Positions 1 to 12,785 of a stretch of DNA of 64,000 nucleotides are shown one piece after another. Position numbers and translations under genes: made by a program. The first letter of the stretch is position 1, and each line of letters opens with the position of its first letter. The notes under the pieces were generated by a model. That model was not told the origin of the DNA, made no database searches, and saw nothing but the letters and a program-made list of their open reading frames with translations. Source of the DNA: Octopus vulgaris (lineage: Eukaryota); assembly GCA_951406725.2 (NCBI GenBank), contig OX597825.1, forward strand, positions 6,820,001 through 6,884,000. The letters are read 5' to 3'.

Positions 1-334
1 TTATTAGGCAAAAAAATGAACATCCCGAAATACAACAAAATCTGTTTCAACACATGATTTCACACCAGGAATCTTGCAAAATGAATTAATAAACGTAATA
101 TTCATTAGATGTTTGTGTATAAGTGTATGTATGTGTGTTTGTCCTCTTCTTGCCTTGACACATACACGCTGACCGAAATAAAGCCACTGAATTCAAATTC
201 AAACTGTTTTTGTTTGTGGCAGTCTGACCACACTCCACATTGTAGTATTTTTGTTTGTAAACACCCATGAAAGCTTTATGTTGTTGGTATCTCTTCAAAC
301 CCTTGTGGCTAATAAAGTAACTCTCTTTTACACA

Positions 335-732
335 TTTACTTGTTTCAGTCATTTGACTGTGGCCATGCTGGAGCACCGCCTTTAGTCGAGCAAATCGACC
401 CGGGAACTTTTTCTTTGTAAGCCCAGTACTTATTCTATCGGTCTCTTTTTCCGAACCGCTAAGTGACGGGGACGTAAACACACCAGCATCGGTTGTCAAG
501 CAATGCTAGAGGGACAAACACAGACACACAAACACACACACATACAGATATATATATATATACATATATACGACAGGCTTCTTTCAGTTTCCGTCTACCA
601 AATCCACTCACAAGGCTTTGGTTGGCCCGAGGCTATAGCAGAAGACACTTGGCCAAGGTGCCACGCAGTGGGACTGAACCCGGAACCATGTGGCTGGTTA
701 GCAAGCTACTTACCACACAGCCACTCCTGCGC
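335..732 (-). mobile_element. tRNA-derived CORE-like SINE (family A), full length, internal (AT)n/(GT)n tract
   Basis: Minus strand begins GGAGTGGCTGTGTGGTAAG (A-box-like), then GGTTCAGTCCC (B-box-like), a CORE-like ACCTTGGCCAAGTGTCTT and ends in GACTGAAACAAGTAAA. Near-identical copies at 1271, 41520 and 53415. Confidence 0.85.
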
Positions 733-1270
733 AAGGTCACCATCTTTGCTGTAATTGTCAAGAAGTGTAGTGCAATGCATGATTTTTGAATCAACAGGTG
801 TAGACATTTATGGTGTCAAGTTTGATAGGAACCCAGAGTCAGCTCGATTCAATCCAATTATATTCTAAGCCAAATCTCTCAAGAAACCATCTACAAAATT
901 CATGACATGCATTCAGCAACCTCCCTCCTTCTAATCTTTCAAGCTGTAGCTGTTGATTACAATGTAACAATCAAAATATACTACAGCTTCCCCTAGAACA
1001 TCACAACAGGGCATGTTTTTATGAGATCGCCTCAAATGACTAGAGATCACAGCTAAATCTCTCAAACCAGACCCTGCTGTCATAAGAACAGAACAGAAAG
1101 TATGTTCCAGCATAAACTATACCTAAAATAATGCAGGATAGTCATGGTTGGAATATTTAGTCATAAGTCTCCACAGTCAAAGAAGGTGTGAAATTCAAGA
1201 AGACGACGAAAACATATGGTATAGGAACCACTTGAAACTATTTCTGATAGTTTCAAAACCTTAACAGATA

Positions 1271-1487
1271 CTCTCTTTTACTTGTTTCAGTCATTTGACT
1301 GCAGCCATGCTGGAGCACCGCCTTTAGTTATACAAATCGTCCCTAGAACTTATTCTTTGTAAGCTTAGTACTTATGCTATCGGTCTCTTTTGCCGAACCG
1401 CTAAGTTGCGGGGATGTAAACACACCAGCATCAGTTGTCAAGTGATGTTGGGGGGACAAACACAGATACACAAACATATACACACAC

Positions 1488-1539
<52 letters not shown>

Positions 1540-1696
1540 CGGGCTTCTTTAAGTTTCCGTCTACCAAATCCACTCACAAGGCTTTGGTCAGCCCGAGGCT
1601 ATAGTAGAAGACACTTGGCCAAGGTGCCACACAGTGGGAATGAACCCGGAACCATGTGGTTGGTAAGCAAGTTACTTACCACATAGCCACTCCTGT
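1271..1696 (-). mobile_element. SINE family A, full length
   Basis: Colinear with 335-732, with a longer internal (TA)n tract. Confidence 0.85.
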
Positions 1697-3217
1697 GATA
1701 TTCACACAAATTTTACTTTATATATTTATTAATCTCGAGAAATTAATGTATTGTCGTTATTGGCATTCTGACAATTAGTTTAATTATATATCTATATGAG
1801 TGTATGAGTGTATGTATTGGTTCATCTCGTAAATAATGTGGTATTTTTTATAATTCTTTTATTTTTGTAAAATTAAGTTCCACAAGGTTCTTTTTTAATC
1901 TAAAATATATTCTCCTTCATGTCTTCCATAAACAACCTTGCCCGGATTTTGTCTGGCTTGCTAACGATTCTGCTATCGCGCTACCTTACTTTTAGGAATT
2001 TATATTAACAGACATGTTCATACACTTTATAGAAACCTACCCCATTACGCTCCCAAACACCCTCCCCCACCACACAGATATAACACAACTATAGAATATT
2101 ATTATTGAATATTACAAATGAATGAGTTTAAATATATGCAGATTGTCGTACGTATAATCTATCGGTACATGAATGTTATTTGATAGAGAGGTAGGGAGAG
2201 AATTAATAAAACAGAATGAGAGAGGGGAGAGAGAGAGAGAGAGAGAGAGAAAAGAGAGAGATAGGGAAAGAGAGAGAGAAAGAGAGAGAGGAAAAGAGAG
2301 AGAGGAAAAGAGAGAGAGAGAGAGAGAAGTGAGTGAGTGAGAATGAAAGATATGAAGAAATTGAAAAAGGAAATTTAGGATATATGTTGATTAAGGTTGA
2401 TTTCTAATATTGGCATTGAATAAAGTTTAGAGGAAGGAACATTTGATTAAATTGACCTTATTACTTGATTGATGCTAATTTTAACAACTGTGGAAAAATG
2501 AAAGGTCAATTTGAGCTCAACATGGTTTGAACTTAGAACATTACTTAAGGCGTTTTGTTCAGCATTTTCCGATCTGCCACTTCTTACATTTATTAATATT
2601 GAAACTATAATAAAGTAAATCAAAGTCTCAGAAACTAGTAGTGGTGTATGTATATAAAAATTAATCACTGAAGTTGACAGTATTGAACTTATTCAAATGT
2701 GTGAAGTTGACTTTATTCAGTAGAAGTGTGACAAGACAGAGCAAAACAAAGAAGATATGAGGCAATTGCCATCAGCATATAAGTTATTTGGCTGTACCGA
2801 CCACATTTGTTTAGAGAATACAAAGCTCTTTTATGTATATGTCTAACTACACCATCTGCTGGAGACAAGGTAGGACAACTGCTGTGCTGTTAATGCCTAT
2901 TGAGGCAGAAGCATGTGTCTATCACTGTCGTTTTGTTCTCAGTCAATCGAACTGCATTTTCTTTCATGGAAAACCAATTCTGGAAAATTCTTCTTCTTGA
3001 GATTATCTCAGTTTTTCATTTAGATTCGATTCCAGTTGCTACCAGACAATTATTTTATTTTCTCTGGAAGCAGAAATAATTTCAAAAAGTCAGCAACTTA
3101 TGTTGTGTAGCATTTAATATATCTTCATTTGTCTTTGTTGCTGTTCAGGCACATCTCACTGGCTACTCTGAGTGACTTTTTAAAGAATTATTTTCATTTA
3201 AATTATATATATCAATG

Positions 3218-3373
3218 TAGGTGTGGCTGTGTGGTAAAAAGCTTGCTGCCCAACCACATGGTTCTGGGTTCAGTCCCATTGCATGGCACCTTGGTCAGGT
3301 GTCTTTTACTATGGCCTCTGGCTACCAAAATCTTGTGAGTGGATTTGGTAGACGGAAACTGAAAGAAGCCCAT

Positions 3374-3412
<39 letters not shown>

Positions 3413-3621
3413 TCATCATCGTCATCATCGTTTAACGTCCGTTCTCCATGCTAGCATGGGTTAGACGGTTCGACCAGGGATCTGGTAAGCCAGAAGGCTG
3501 CACCAGGCTCCAGTCTGATCTGGCAGTGTTTCTACAGCTGGATGCCCTTCCTAACACCAACCACTCTGTGAGTGTAGTGGGTGCTTTTTACGTGCCACCG
3601 GCACAGGTATATATATATAAT

Positions 3622-3657
<36 letters not shown>

Positions 3658-3863
3658 TTTGTGTCTGTGTTTGTCCCTCGCCATGACTTGACAACTGACG
3701 TTGCTGTGTTTACATCCCTGTAACTTAGCAGTTCAACAAAAGAAACTGATAGAATAAATATTAGACTTACAAAGAATAAGTTCTGGGGTCGATTTATTTA
3801 ACTAAAAAGCCCTTTAAGGCAGTGCTCCACATGGCAATCATCAAATGATTAAAATAAGTAAAA
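3218..3863 (+). mobile_element. SINE family A interrupted by an RTE 3' tail
   Basis: Head GGTGTGGCTGTGTGGTAA at 3220, tail ending ...AAATAAGTAAAA near 3860. Foreign segment at 3410-3607 inside the (AT)n tract. Confidence 0.8.
3410..3607 (-). mobile_element. 5'-truncated RTE-LINE 3' UTR (family B) with (GAT)n tail
   Basis: Minus strand reads GTTGGTGTTAGGAAGGGCATCCAGCTGTAGAAA...CCATGCTAGCATGGAGAACGGACGTTAAACGATGATG. The same sequence follows an RTE ORF end at 47362-47830. Confidence 0.75.
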
Positions 3864-4164
3864 ACAATAGAATATATATTCTTCTATTCTTTTATTAGTT
3901 TGAGTCATTTGACTGCAGCCATGCTAGAGCACCGCCTTTAGTCGAGCAAATCAACCCCAGGACTTATTCTTTGATTATGGAACCTGGTATGGTCCTTGAC
4001 CATATTAAGCTGTCCAACCCATACCAGCTTGGAAAGCAGATGTTAAATGATGATGATGATGAAAAAGCGAAGAGAACACACACACACACACGCGGACACA
4101 CGGACACACAACTCCCAGCCTCTGGTGCTACCCTCCTTTCGACATACATTTTCCTCTTAATGGT

Positions 4165-4352
4165 TGAGTGTTCTGCAGCACTGCATCAATCAATATGGTG
4201 CTTTTATTTTCTCTGTGAGATGCATCACCTTCAGGTCTGTCTTCACCGCTTCATCCCAAGTCTACCTTGGCCTCCCTCTTCCGCAGGTTCCACTAATTTG
4301 GAGCACTTGACACTTTCTTATGCAGCAATCATCCTCCAAAAACATCACATGC
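4165..4352 (-). pseudogene. RTE-clade LINE ORF C-terminal fragment
   Basis: Translates WRHVMFLEDDCCIRKCQVLQISGTCGRGRPR*TWDEAVKTDLKVMHL, matching the W.GHV.R...G.R.RGRP..TW motif at the end of RTE reverse transcriptases. Contains an in-frame stop. Confidence 0.75.
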
Positions 4353-4389
4353 CTCCACCCGTGTTTATAAACACACTCACACACATACA

Positions 4390-4820
4390 CGCCTACATAA
4401 CATACATACATATACAAATATATGCACACATATATACATACATACATATATATACAAATATATGCACATATATATACATACATACATATATATACATACA
4501 TACATATATATACAAATATATGCACACATATATACATACATACATATATATGTATGTATATATATATATATATACATACATACACACACATACATACATA
4601 TTCACCTACATAACATACTTATGTATAGGTGGATAGCTAGCTTAGATAGATACATAGATAAATAGATAGATACATAGATATACATATATAGATAGATAGA
4701 TACATAGATATACATATATAGAGAGATAGATACATAGATATACATATATAGAGAGATAGATACATAGATATACATATATAGACAGCTAGATACATATATA
4801 TACATATATAGATAGATAGA
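4390..4820. repeat. Compound (CATA/TA)n microsatellite plus ~30-bp minisatellite
   Basis: GATAGATACATAGATATACATATATAGAGA-like unit about 5 times at 4660-4820. Confidence 0.9.
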
Positions 4821-4919
4821 TTTGAGAAAAATGATCTAGAATTTAAAAACAAGTCTTCAAAAAATAAGTAAAAACAAGATTGTGTGTGTGAGAAGTATGT
4901 GGGAAAGAGAGAGAGAAAA

Positions 4920-4950
<31 letters not shown>

Positions 4951-6189
4951 GAGAGAGAGAAAGAGAGTGAGCGAGAGATGGAGAGAGTGAGAGAGACAGG
5001 GTACCAACCTAGATTCTATCAATACCACAATTAGAGTAGTTCTGGTTTATTGCCAAAAACGGACCAATTAGACTGTTAGCTTAAAATAACATATACAGTC
5101 CAACACATTTACATGCGTGAACATACACACACACAGACACACACAGACACACACACAATATTTACATAATTATTAGCAGTATTATTTTGTAATTATTGCC
5201 ATTATTAGTATTACTGTTGTTGTCGTTATTGGGAGTGACCAGTAGTAATGATAACAACAACAACAACAAAAAACAACAAACAATAATATATATAAAAATA
5301 TGTAAAAAATAAATGAATAAAATATTTTAAAAAAATGATAGACATAATTAGAGAGATATTTCCATGCTTGATTCCTTTAAAAGTTTTTCCTTGTTTTTCT
5401 CTCTTTTTTGGGTTTTTTTTGCTACTGTTTTTATTCTTTCACCTCTCAAATGTATTATATTTTTTGAAGCCAAAATTATTATACAACCATGAGTTTGGCA
5501 CCGACCAGGCAATACCAATAAAGGAAAGATATATATATATTTAAAAAAAAAAGTTTCAATTAAAATATATTAGGCAAATGTTATTTAGTAATTTATGATT
5601 ATGAGAGAAGCAAGAGAGTTTGTGTAAATGATGGGAAAGCTTGGAGAAGGTTTGTGTACGGATGAGAGAATTTTGATGTTGCTCAAAGGAGTACGGAACC
5701 TGCATAATGCGGCAGAGGTAAACCAGCATATGCTGGTGGGTCCTGCTGTTGGTATTGGGGGTTGCATTGTAAGCCTTGACCCAAGCATAGAATGGAGCTC
5801 ATCTCTTTGAGCTGGGAAATGAATGGAATGTCTGGTGCGTGTCTTGCTGTGGCTTCCTCCGCCTCCTCCTCCTCCTTCTTCTCCTTCTTCTTCCAATCAG
5901 GACTCACACCATTAACCACAAAGAATTATCTCTAATTCAAGCCTACTCTAAGCTACTAAGAATGTGTGCGACAACTTGAAGATCCACCCACCACACACGA
6001 TAGACTGGTGTTTGCATGGGTGCGAAAGCTACGTTGTTATCCTCATTCCATAAATGGTGGCTTTTAATGGGTGGAGAGCTGAACCATCCTGGGGTACAGA
6101 GGATTTGGTATCTAGACTAGGGTCTGACAGTTTACCACACCATAATGGGTTACACCATGGTTCCTCTGCTTTGTGGCAGTAGTACGAAG

Positions 6190-6373
6190 AAAGAGTGAAA
6201 GAAAGTTGTGGTGAAAGAGTACAGCGGGGTTCACCCCCCCCCCCCACTGGAGCCACGTGGAGCTTAGGTGTTTTTTCTCAATAAACACTCACAATGCCCG
6301 GTCTGGGAATCGAAACCACATTCTTACAACTGCGAGTCCGCTGCCCTAACCACCGGACCATTGTGCCTCCACT
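6190..6373 (-). mobile_element. tRNA-derived SINE (family C head and body), 3'-incomplete
   Basis: Minus strand GTGGAGGCACAATGGTCCGGTGGTTAGGGCAGCGGACTCGCAG...GGTTTCGATTCCCAGACC. Homologous to 10250-10553. Confidence 0.75.
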
Positions 6374-6505
6374 GCTGTGGCTACCCCTCCTAAACGAATG
6401 GGGAATAGGCCTGGATATATGATAGGATTGAGACAGGATATCGATGCCAAAAACAAAAATATTGTATAGAACATTAAAGATGTAATTCTAGCCATTTTGT
6501 ACATA

Positions 6506-6965
6506 GGAGGCGCACATGGTTTAGTGTTAAGGTGTTGGGCTCACGATCATAAGATTGTGGTTTCAATTCCTGGACCAGGCAATGAATTGTGTTCTCAAGC
6601 GAAACACTTCATTTCATGAGTAATCCAGTGACTGGCATCCCATCCAGGTGAGGAATATATATGTCTTGGAAACATGGAAACTGGGAAATTGGTCCTATGA
6701 GTCTATATGCCTCAGGAAGGAATTTTACTTGGGTGGAAGAGCATGGCTTTGTTGTTAGGATGTTGGACTCATGATCATAACATCATGGTTTCGATCCCTG
6801 GAACGGGCAATGCATTGTGTCCTTGAGCAAAACACTTCACTTCACATTTCTGTAGTTGGAAAAAGTGAGTCATCTTGTGATGGACTAGCATCCCATCCAG
6901 GTGGACTATTTATATGCCATTGAAACTGGGAAACTGACCCTTATGAGTCAGTATGACTTAAGAGG
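6506..6965 (+). mobile_element. Two tandem degenerate tRNA-derived CORE-like SINEs
   Basis: Two ~220-bp units (6506-6720, 6738-6965), each with A/B-box-like motifs, a GTCCTTGAGCAAAACACTT-like core and a GACTRGCATCCCATCCAGGTG tail shared with family C. Confidence 0.7.
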
Positions 6966-8251
6966 GTGTCTTTTTTATTCATTTTGTATCAGGGTGTAGC
7001 GGGCTGGATGAAAGATGTGATATCAGTTCGATAATCATCATCCTCATCATTTTTACATCCACTTTTCCATGCTTGGATGGGTCACACAGAGTTTGTTGAT
7101 AAACTCTGAATCCTCTGAGCCATCAATATTTCAGCTATTGATGATTAAATCATCAACAATTATCTTGCATCTGATGATGACTTGGAGTCATACCCTGTCT
7201 GCTTAAGTTGTCCTATCGAATCACCATAAAGTTCAGACACTTTGTGGCAGTGGACATCTCTTCATGAAGGGCTTTCAGCTTCTTCTTTGTACTTTCTTTG
7301 GGTTTAATTTTTAGTTTCCACTTCTTTTCCTTCTCTTACAGTTCTAGACAGTTTCTTGTCTTTCTCTTGTCTCCACCGCCCTGCTCAACCCACCCCCTGT
7401 TTCACTGCAATATTCTGCTGTAGTAGTACTACTACTCATAGCCACAGGCCATTCCTGAAAAGAATAATTCAAAATTTTCCATGTTTGTTGATGTTATTCA
7501 AGTTACAGCAACCATCATGGTGGTGAGTGAGTACCTCGTCTGGATAGTTTAGAGTCAGCCATCTTAGCAACACACATAATTAACCACAATAGATATTTAC
7601 CAAAAATATATTAAACAATTACCTAAAGAAAACCTTTCTTTGACTTGAAATAACCAAACAATGTGAAAGCCTTCAGTTAAGTAAAGAAAGAACAGAAAAT
7701 GAATTACTTTTCCATGATGCAATAAGGGTTAGAAGTTATTTTTTTCATTGAGCGCCAACGTAGATGGCCTTTTGTTTTAAACACAATAATAAGACTGATG
7801 ATGACGATGATGACGACGATGATGGTGGGGTTTTTTTTACACTTCAAGTGTGTTTTGTTTTATATTTGCAGTGAAAATACAATTCAGTGTTCTTGAGATT
7901 CTTGAAGACGACCTCTTTGTTAGAACGACGATGGGAAAAAAAAAAAATTATTTAAAAAGAAAAAAATGAAATAAAATAATAACAACAATAATAATAATAA
8001 TAATCAGAAGTAGAAAAAAAAAAAACAGAAGAAATATGAGGAAAAAGAAATATTGATTAAAAAAAAATTGGTATTCAAAGCTCAGTTAGAATCATTCTTC
8101 GATTGCTTTGTTATCCAAATGGCTGCCTAATTGTGCAGGCTTACCCAAGCAGAAAGTAATTCCTTTTAAAGGCATACTAGTGCTGCAACTGTTGCTGTTA
8201 CTATAGATGTTGCAGTTATGCGCATGCACATATACATGTATGCATTCACAT

Positions 8252-8297
<46 letters not shown>

Positions 8298-8649
8298 GTA
8301 CACATGCACACACAGACACAAACACACACACAAACGTATACACCGCAAACTATCGAACTGGAAGCAATCTTTAGTTGATAACAGATAGATCACATTAAAA
8401 AAACACAAAACACAAAAAAAAGAAACAAAAAAAAAGAAAAAGAAAAAAGGAAAAAGGAAAGAAAGAAAGAAGTAGGATCACAATGCATTTAAAGAGTCTG
8501 TTGGTGGCTACAAGTTGCGAAAGGAAGTCGAACTTGTTATAATGCAGTTGTATGTTCACACAAGTAGATTGTAGGACTAGATCGGTGTGCGGAGTACGTT
8601 GCATGTGAATTTAAAATGACAAGGTGGAATATTCGCCATCAAAACCATA

Positions 8650-9345
8650 CCACCACCACCACCACCACCACCACCACCACCACCATCACTACCACCATCA
8701 CCACCACAACCATCACTACCACCATCACCACCACCACCACCACCACCACCACCACCACCACCACACACCACCACCACCACCACCACCACCACCACCACCA
8801 CCACCACCATCACTACCACCATCACCACCACCACCACCATAACCATCAACTCCCCTAGTATGAAAAACATTGTACTAGTAGTAGCAGCAGTAGTAGTAGT
8901 AGTAGTAGCAGCAGTAGTAACCACAGCAACTGTAGTAGTAGTAGTAGCAGCAGTAGTAATAGTGAATAGTAGCAGTAACAGTAATGGATAATAGTGGTAG
9001 TAGTAGTAATAGTAATGAGTAGTAGTAGTAGTAGTAGCAGTAACTACAGCAGCAGTAGTGGTTGTAGTAGTAGTAACAGCAGTAGTAGTAGTGGTTGTAG
9101 TAGTAGTAATAGATAGTAGTAGTAACTGTAATGGATAATAGTGGTAGTAGTAGTAGCAATGAATAGTAGTAGTAGTTGTAGTAGTAGTACTAACCACATC
9201 ATCATCATCATCAATAGTAGTAGCAGTAACCACAACAACAGCAGCAGTACTAGTAGTAGTAATGGCTAGTAGTAACAGACAGACAGACAGATAGATAGAT
9301 AGATAGTAGTAGTAGTAGTAGTAGTAGTAGGAGTAGTAGGAGTAC
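8650..9345. repeat. (CAC)n followed by (GTA/GCA)n trinucleotide arrays
   Basis: Directly visible; source of the poly-T/H/V/Y pseudo-ORFs. Confidence 0.95.
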
Positions 9346-9447
9346 CTTCAGTATTTAACACTAAGACCCCCCCCCCAGTCAACAGTATTGTAGTGGTGGC
9401 AGTGGTACTACTGCTACATGGTCTCTAACTTGTTGCTGTTGTTGTTG

Positions 9448-9479
<32 letters not shown>

Positions 9480-10014
9480 GGTGGTGGTGTTGTGCAAGCA
9501 TGGAACCATTCAAGTGATAAATTTGTCTCATAGCCAAGAGTCAGCTGCCACACTGGTGGCTCCCTCTGTTTCCACGCTTGCACTAAATGACTCCGGAGAC
9601 TGGCGATGGCATCTCGTTCCTGACATGTAGCAATGTTTACACTGGTTTCTTTCTTCTCCACATGACTTCACACTGAGTGTGTATAAATAATAACGTTTCT
9701 ACATTTCTATTCACGGATGAACTTCATATGTAAAACAAGCGCAACAAATATAATTACGACCCCTCTTCTGCCAACCGTCACAATCCACCAAAAGACGAGG
9801 GAAGTTTCTATATGAGATCATTCGACATGTTAGAAATAGCAGCCAATTCTCCTCCTGACCACATCATACCTGTCATGAAGAAACTTTACATTGGATAATG
9901 AAGTCCAGAGTGAAAAATTTGCTGAAGATCAAACATGCTGGTTATGGCTTGATTATCTTTTTATCTGAGGATTGCTTGATGATATCCGACCTGGGGCAAA
10001 ACCATAACATAGAT

Positions 10015-10200
10015 CGTCATCATCATTATCATCATTTAACATTTGTTTTCCATGCTAGCATGGGGTTGGATCATATGACAGGATCCACAGCAGGTTCCAT
10101 TGTCTGTTTGGGCACGATTTCTACAGTTGGATGCCCTTCCTAATGCTAGCCACTTTATAGAGTGTACTGGGTGCTTTTATGTGCCCCCCCCCCAGCACCA
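10015..10200 (-). mobile_element. RTE 3' UTR fragment (family B)
   Basis: CATCAT-TTAACATTTGTTTTCCATGCTAGCATGG...GGATGCCCTTCCTAATGC on the plus strand. Confidence 0.7.
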
Positions 10201-10256
10201 AGTCATGTCCAGTGATAATCCCACCATCAGCTGTTACCTGTGACAATAACAACAAT

Positions 10257-10551
10257 TCGTTCTCAAGCCATGCCTGGCTCATAAGGGCCGGTTTCCCGGT
10301 TTCCTTGGCACATAGGTTCCCCACCTGGATGGGATGCCGGCCCGTCACAGGTGAGCTGCAAGATGCAGGAGGTAAGAGTGAGAGAAAGTTGTGGCAAAAG
10401 AGTCTGCAGAAGTTCGCCATTACTTTCTGCCGGAGCCGAGTGGAGCTTAGGTGTTTCGCTCATAAACACACACATCGCCCGGTCTGACATTCGAACCCGC
10501 GATCCCTCAACTGCGAGCCTACTGCTCTAACCACTAGGCCATGTGCCTCCA
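10257..10551 (-). mobile_element. tRNA-derived SINE family C, full length, with TSD
   Basis: Minus strand TGGCCTAGTGG (A box) and GGTTCGAATG (B box). Flanked by CAATAACAACAAT (10244-10256) and CAATAGCAACAAT (10552-10564). Confidence 0.85.
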
Positions 10552-11140
10552 CAATAGCAACAATCAACCATTCCTATAGTTTAATCTCAGTTACTTTCAT
10601 GATTTTATTTAGATGTAGTTGTGAAACAGGAGTTTTATTTTTATTAGGGTATAAATTTATGGCCATAGCTTTAAGCTGTTATGTGACTCACTTAATGCTC
10701 TAGGCATCTACATCTCACACAGCTTTTGAAAATAATCAAATTTTGAAACTGGTTTAGTAAACATACATACATCATTTAAAAAAAATATAAGTATATTTTC
10801 AACAGTTTTCTTTACATTTCCACTTGTGTAAAAAAAACTTATTTTCCTGTATTTTTATCTCTGTTTGTGTCAGTCTGTCTGCTTACATATGTGTGTGTGT
10901 GTAAATTTATTTTACGGATTTAATGTTATAATAACGAAATTCCACATTTGTTAATTCCCAACTGCTCTGTTTGTTTCAGAAGAGCTGTAGATTAGTGAAA
11001 GCAAAGTTTCTTTGCTAAATCATTAAATCTATAAAATAAAACTATTAGCCCTCCAATCACATTTAAATTGTATAAAGTTTTCTTTGGGCTTCTGGTCTCC
11101 TTGCTTTTTGATTTAAGGGTTGTTCATATACATATGTATG

Positions 11141-11187
<47 letters not shown>

Positions 11188-11370
11188 GGATAAGATCGTT
11201 AATTTAAATATTGATCTTATCAATTGGCCACCATGGAAATAAAGACCTTCAAAGGTAATAATCATTATTAAAATTATAATTTAGGGTATCTAAGAGATAC
11301 CACCATGCTGGAAATAGCAGCCAAAACTTGACTCTGACACCACATTAAATGTTCATACAGCACCAGGAGA

Positions 11371-11413
<43 letters not shown>

Positions 11414-11519
11414 AATATATATATAAATATACATATATATATGTGTGTGTGTATGTGTATATAAATGTGCTGAAAACTATTCATAGCCTTGGATTTTTTT
11501 TATCTCTTTCTGTTAATTT

Positions 11520-11554
<35 letters not shown>

Positions 11555-11612
11555 CTTGTATGTATATATTTATGTTTGTATACAAACACATATAGATATA
11601 TGTATGTATACA

Positions 11613-11645
<33 letters not shown>

Positions 11646-11655
11646 GTGTATGTAC

Positions 11656-11710
<55 letters not shown>

Positions 11711-12254
11711 TTATACTTCTTTTGTATGTCTATGGAGATTTAAATAATTTTATTGAAATTTTAAATAATGACACTTTGATTGTATCTTCTCAAAATATTG
11801 TTCAGTGTTGAAGTAGACCAGACTCTATCTTTCAAGAGTTAACTCAAGTGTCTTTCTTGAATTCTTCCCCATACAAGACCCAGTCCCCATTTATTCACAG
11901 AAAGTTAATGACTGAATGACCTGAAAGACAGATAATAGCTTCAGAATGATAAACTGCCGCAAAAGTTGTCCAGCTTTAAGAAAACTGCTATAAGATGTCA
12001 AGAATTTGAATTATTGTCGAGACATCTGAGATATTTTTGGAGTAGTGTGGTAGCATATATTAATTCTAAAGTTTAAAATCTTACTAGATTCCTTCTGATA
12101 CACTTGTAATATATGAGTAGTAATTAATAGTTCATTACAACAGATGGAATTTTTTAATTTATGGATTAATTATTGTTAAATACTAAGTCATGACTTTGCT
12201 TTATCTACTGCAATGGTCAGGTAATAAATATATGGTCAGTGAACTGTGAAACAT

Positions 12255-12785
12255 AATCAAGATCGTAGCCATAGCTAATGCCAGTGTCTCATAAGTGGCC
12301 TGTTTAAAAGCACCCTTCAGTTGTTGGGCAATACGCTGTGCTTAAGAAGACCTGCTGAATCAAGCGAAATCACAGTCATAGCTGATGCCAGCGCCGCCTG
12401 ACTCGCACCCATGCTGGTGGCATGTAAAAAGCACCATTCGAGCATGGTTGATGCCAGTGCCACCTGTCTGGCGCCCAAGTGGGTGGCACGTAAAAAGCAC
12501 CATTCAAGCTTGGTCGATGCCACTGCTGCCTAACTGGCTCCTGTGCTGGGGGTACATAAAAAACATCATTCGAGGCTGGTCAATGCCTATGCCACCTATC
12601 TGGTCCCCATGCTGGTGGAACATAAAAGGCACCCATTTTACTCTTGGAGTGGTTGGTATTAGGAATGGCATCCAGCTGTAGAAACCTTGCCAGATCAGAT
12701 TGGAGCCTGGTGCAGCTGCTGGTTTTCCAGCCCTCAGTTAAACCGTCCAACTCATACAATATGATGATGATGATGACGTTGATGA
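12255..12785 (+). mobile_element. RTE 3' end (family B) with internal 66-bp tandem array
   Basis: ORF-end remnant QYAVLKKTC* near 12329-12360, four 66-bp units from 12385, then GGTTGGTATTAGGAATGGCATCCAGCTGTAGAAA and (GAT)n. Confidence 0.75.

Noticed and set aside
86-789. Recurrent ORFs such as MSSNARGTNTDTQT.. and MLEGQTQ..
   Set aside because: They lie within SINE family A and recur at each copy (e.g. 41687); not genes.
4377-4852. Many [12 protein letters not shown] ORFs here and throughout, plus poly-T/H/V/I/D/K ORFs
   Set aside because: Translations of microsatellites that lack stop codons; no splice or domain evidence.
9425-9661. Minus-strand 78-aa ORF in unique-looking sequence
   Set aside because: No recognisable domain or splice sites; runs into a microsatellite.
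10480-10551. tRNA gene candidates (also 17410-17482, 22200-22274, 62130-62195)
   Set aside because: A/B boxes are present, but the acceptor stems are incomplete and each continues into a SINE body.
11890-11935. Minus-strand acceptor-like site (tgtctttcag|GTC) as a possible next Ig exon
   Set aside because: All three frames hit stops within about 10 codons and there is no V.W motif.
12385-12640. Regularly spaced repeats resembling a CRISPR array or a repeat protein (W.HVKST)
   Set aside because: Whole units are homologous with no unique spacers, there are no cas genes, the context is eukaryotic, and the frame is not kept in other copies.
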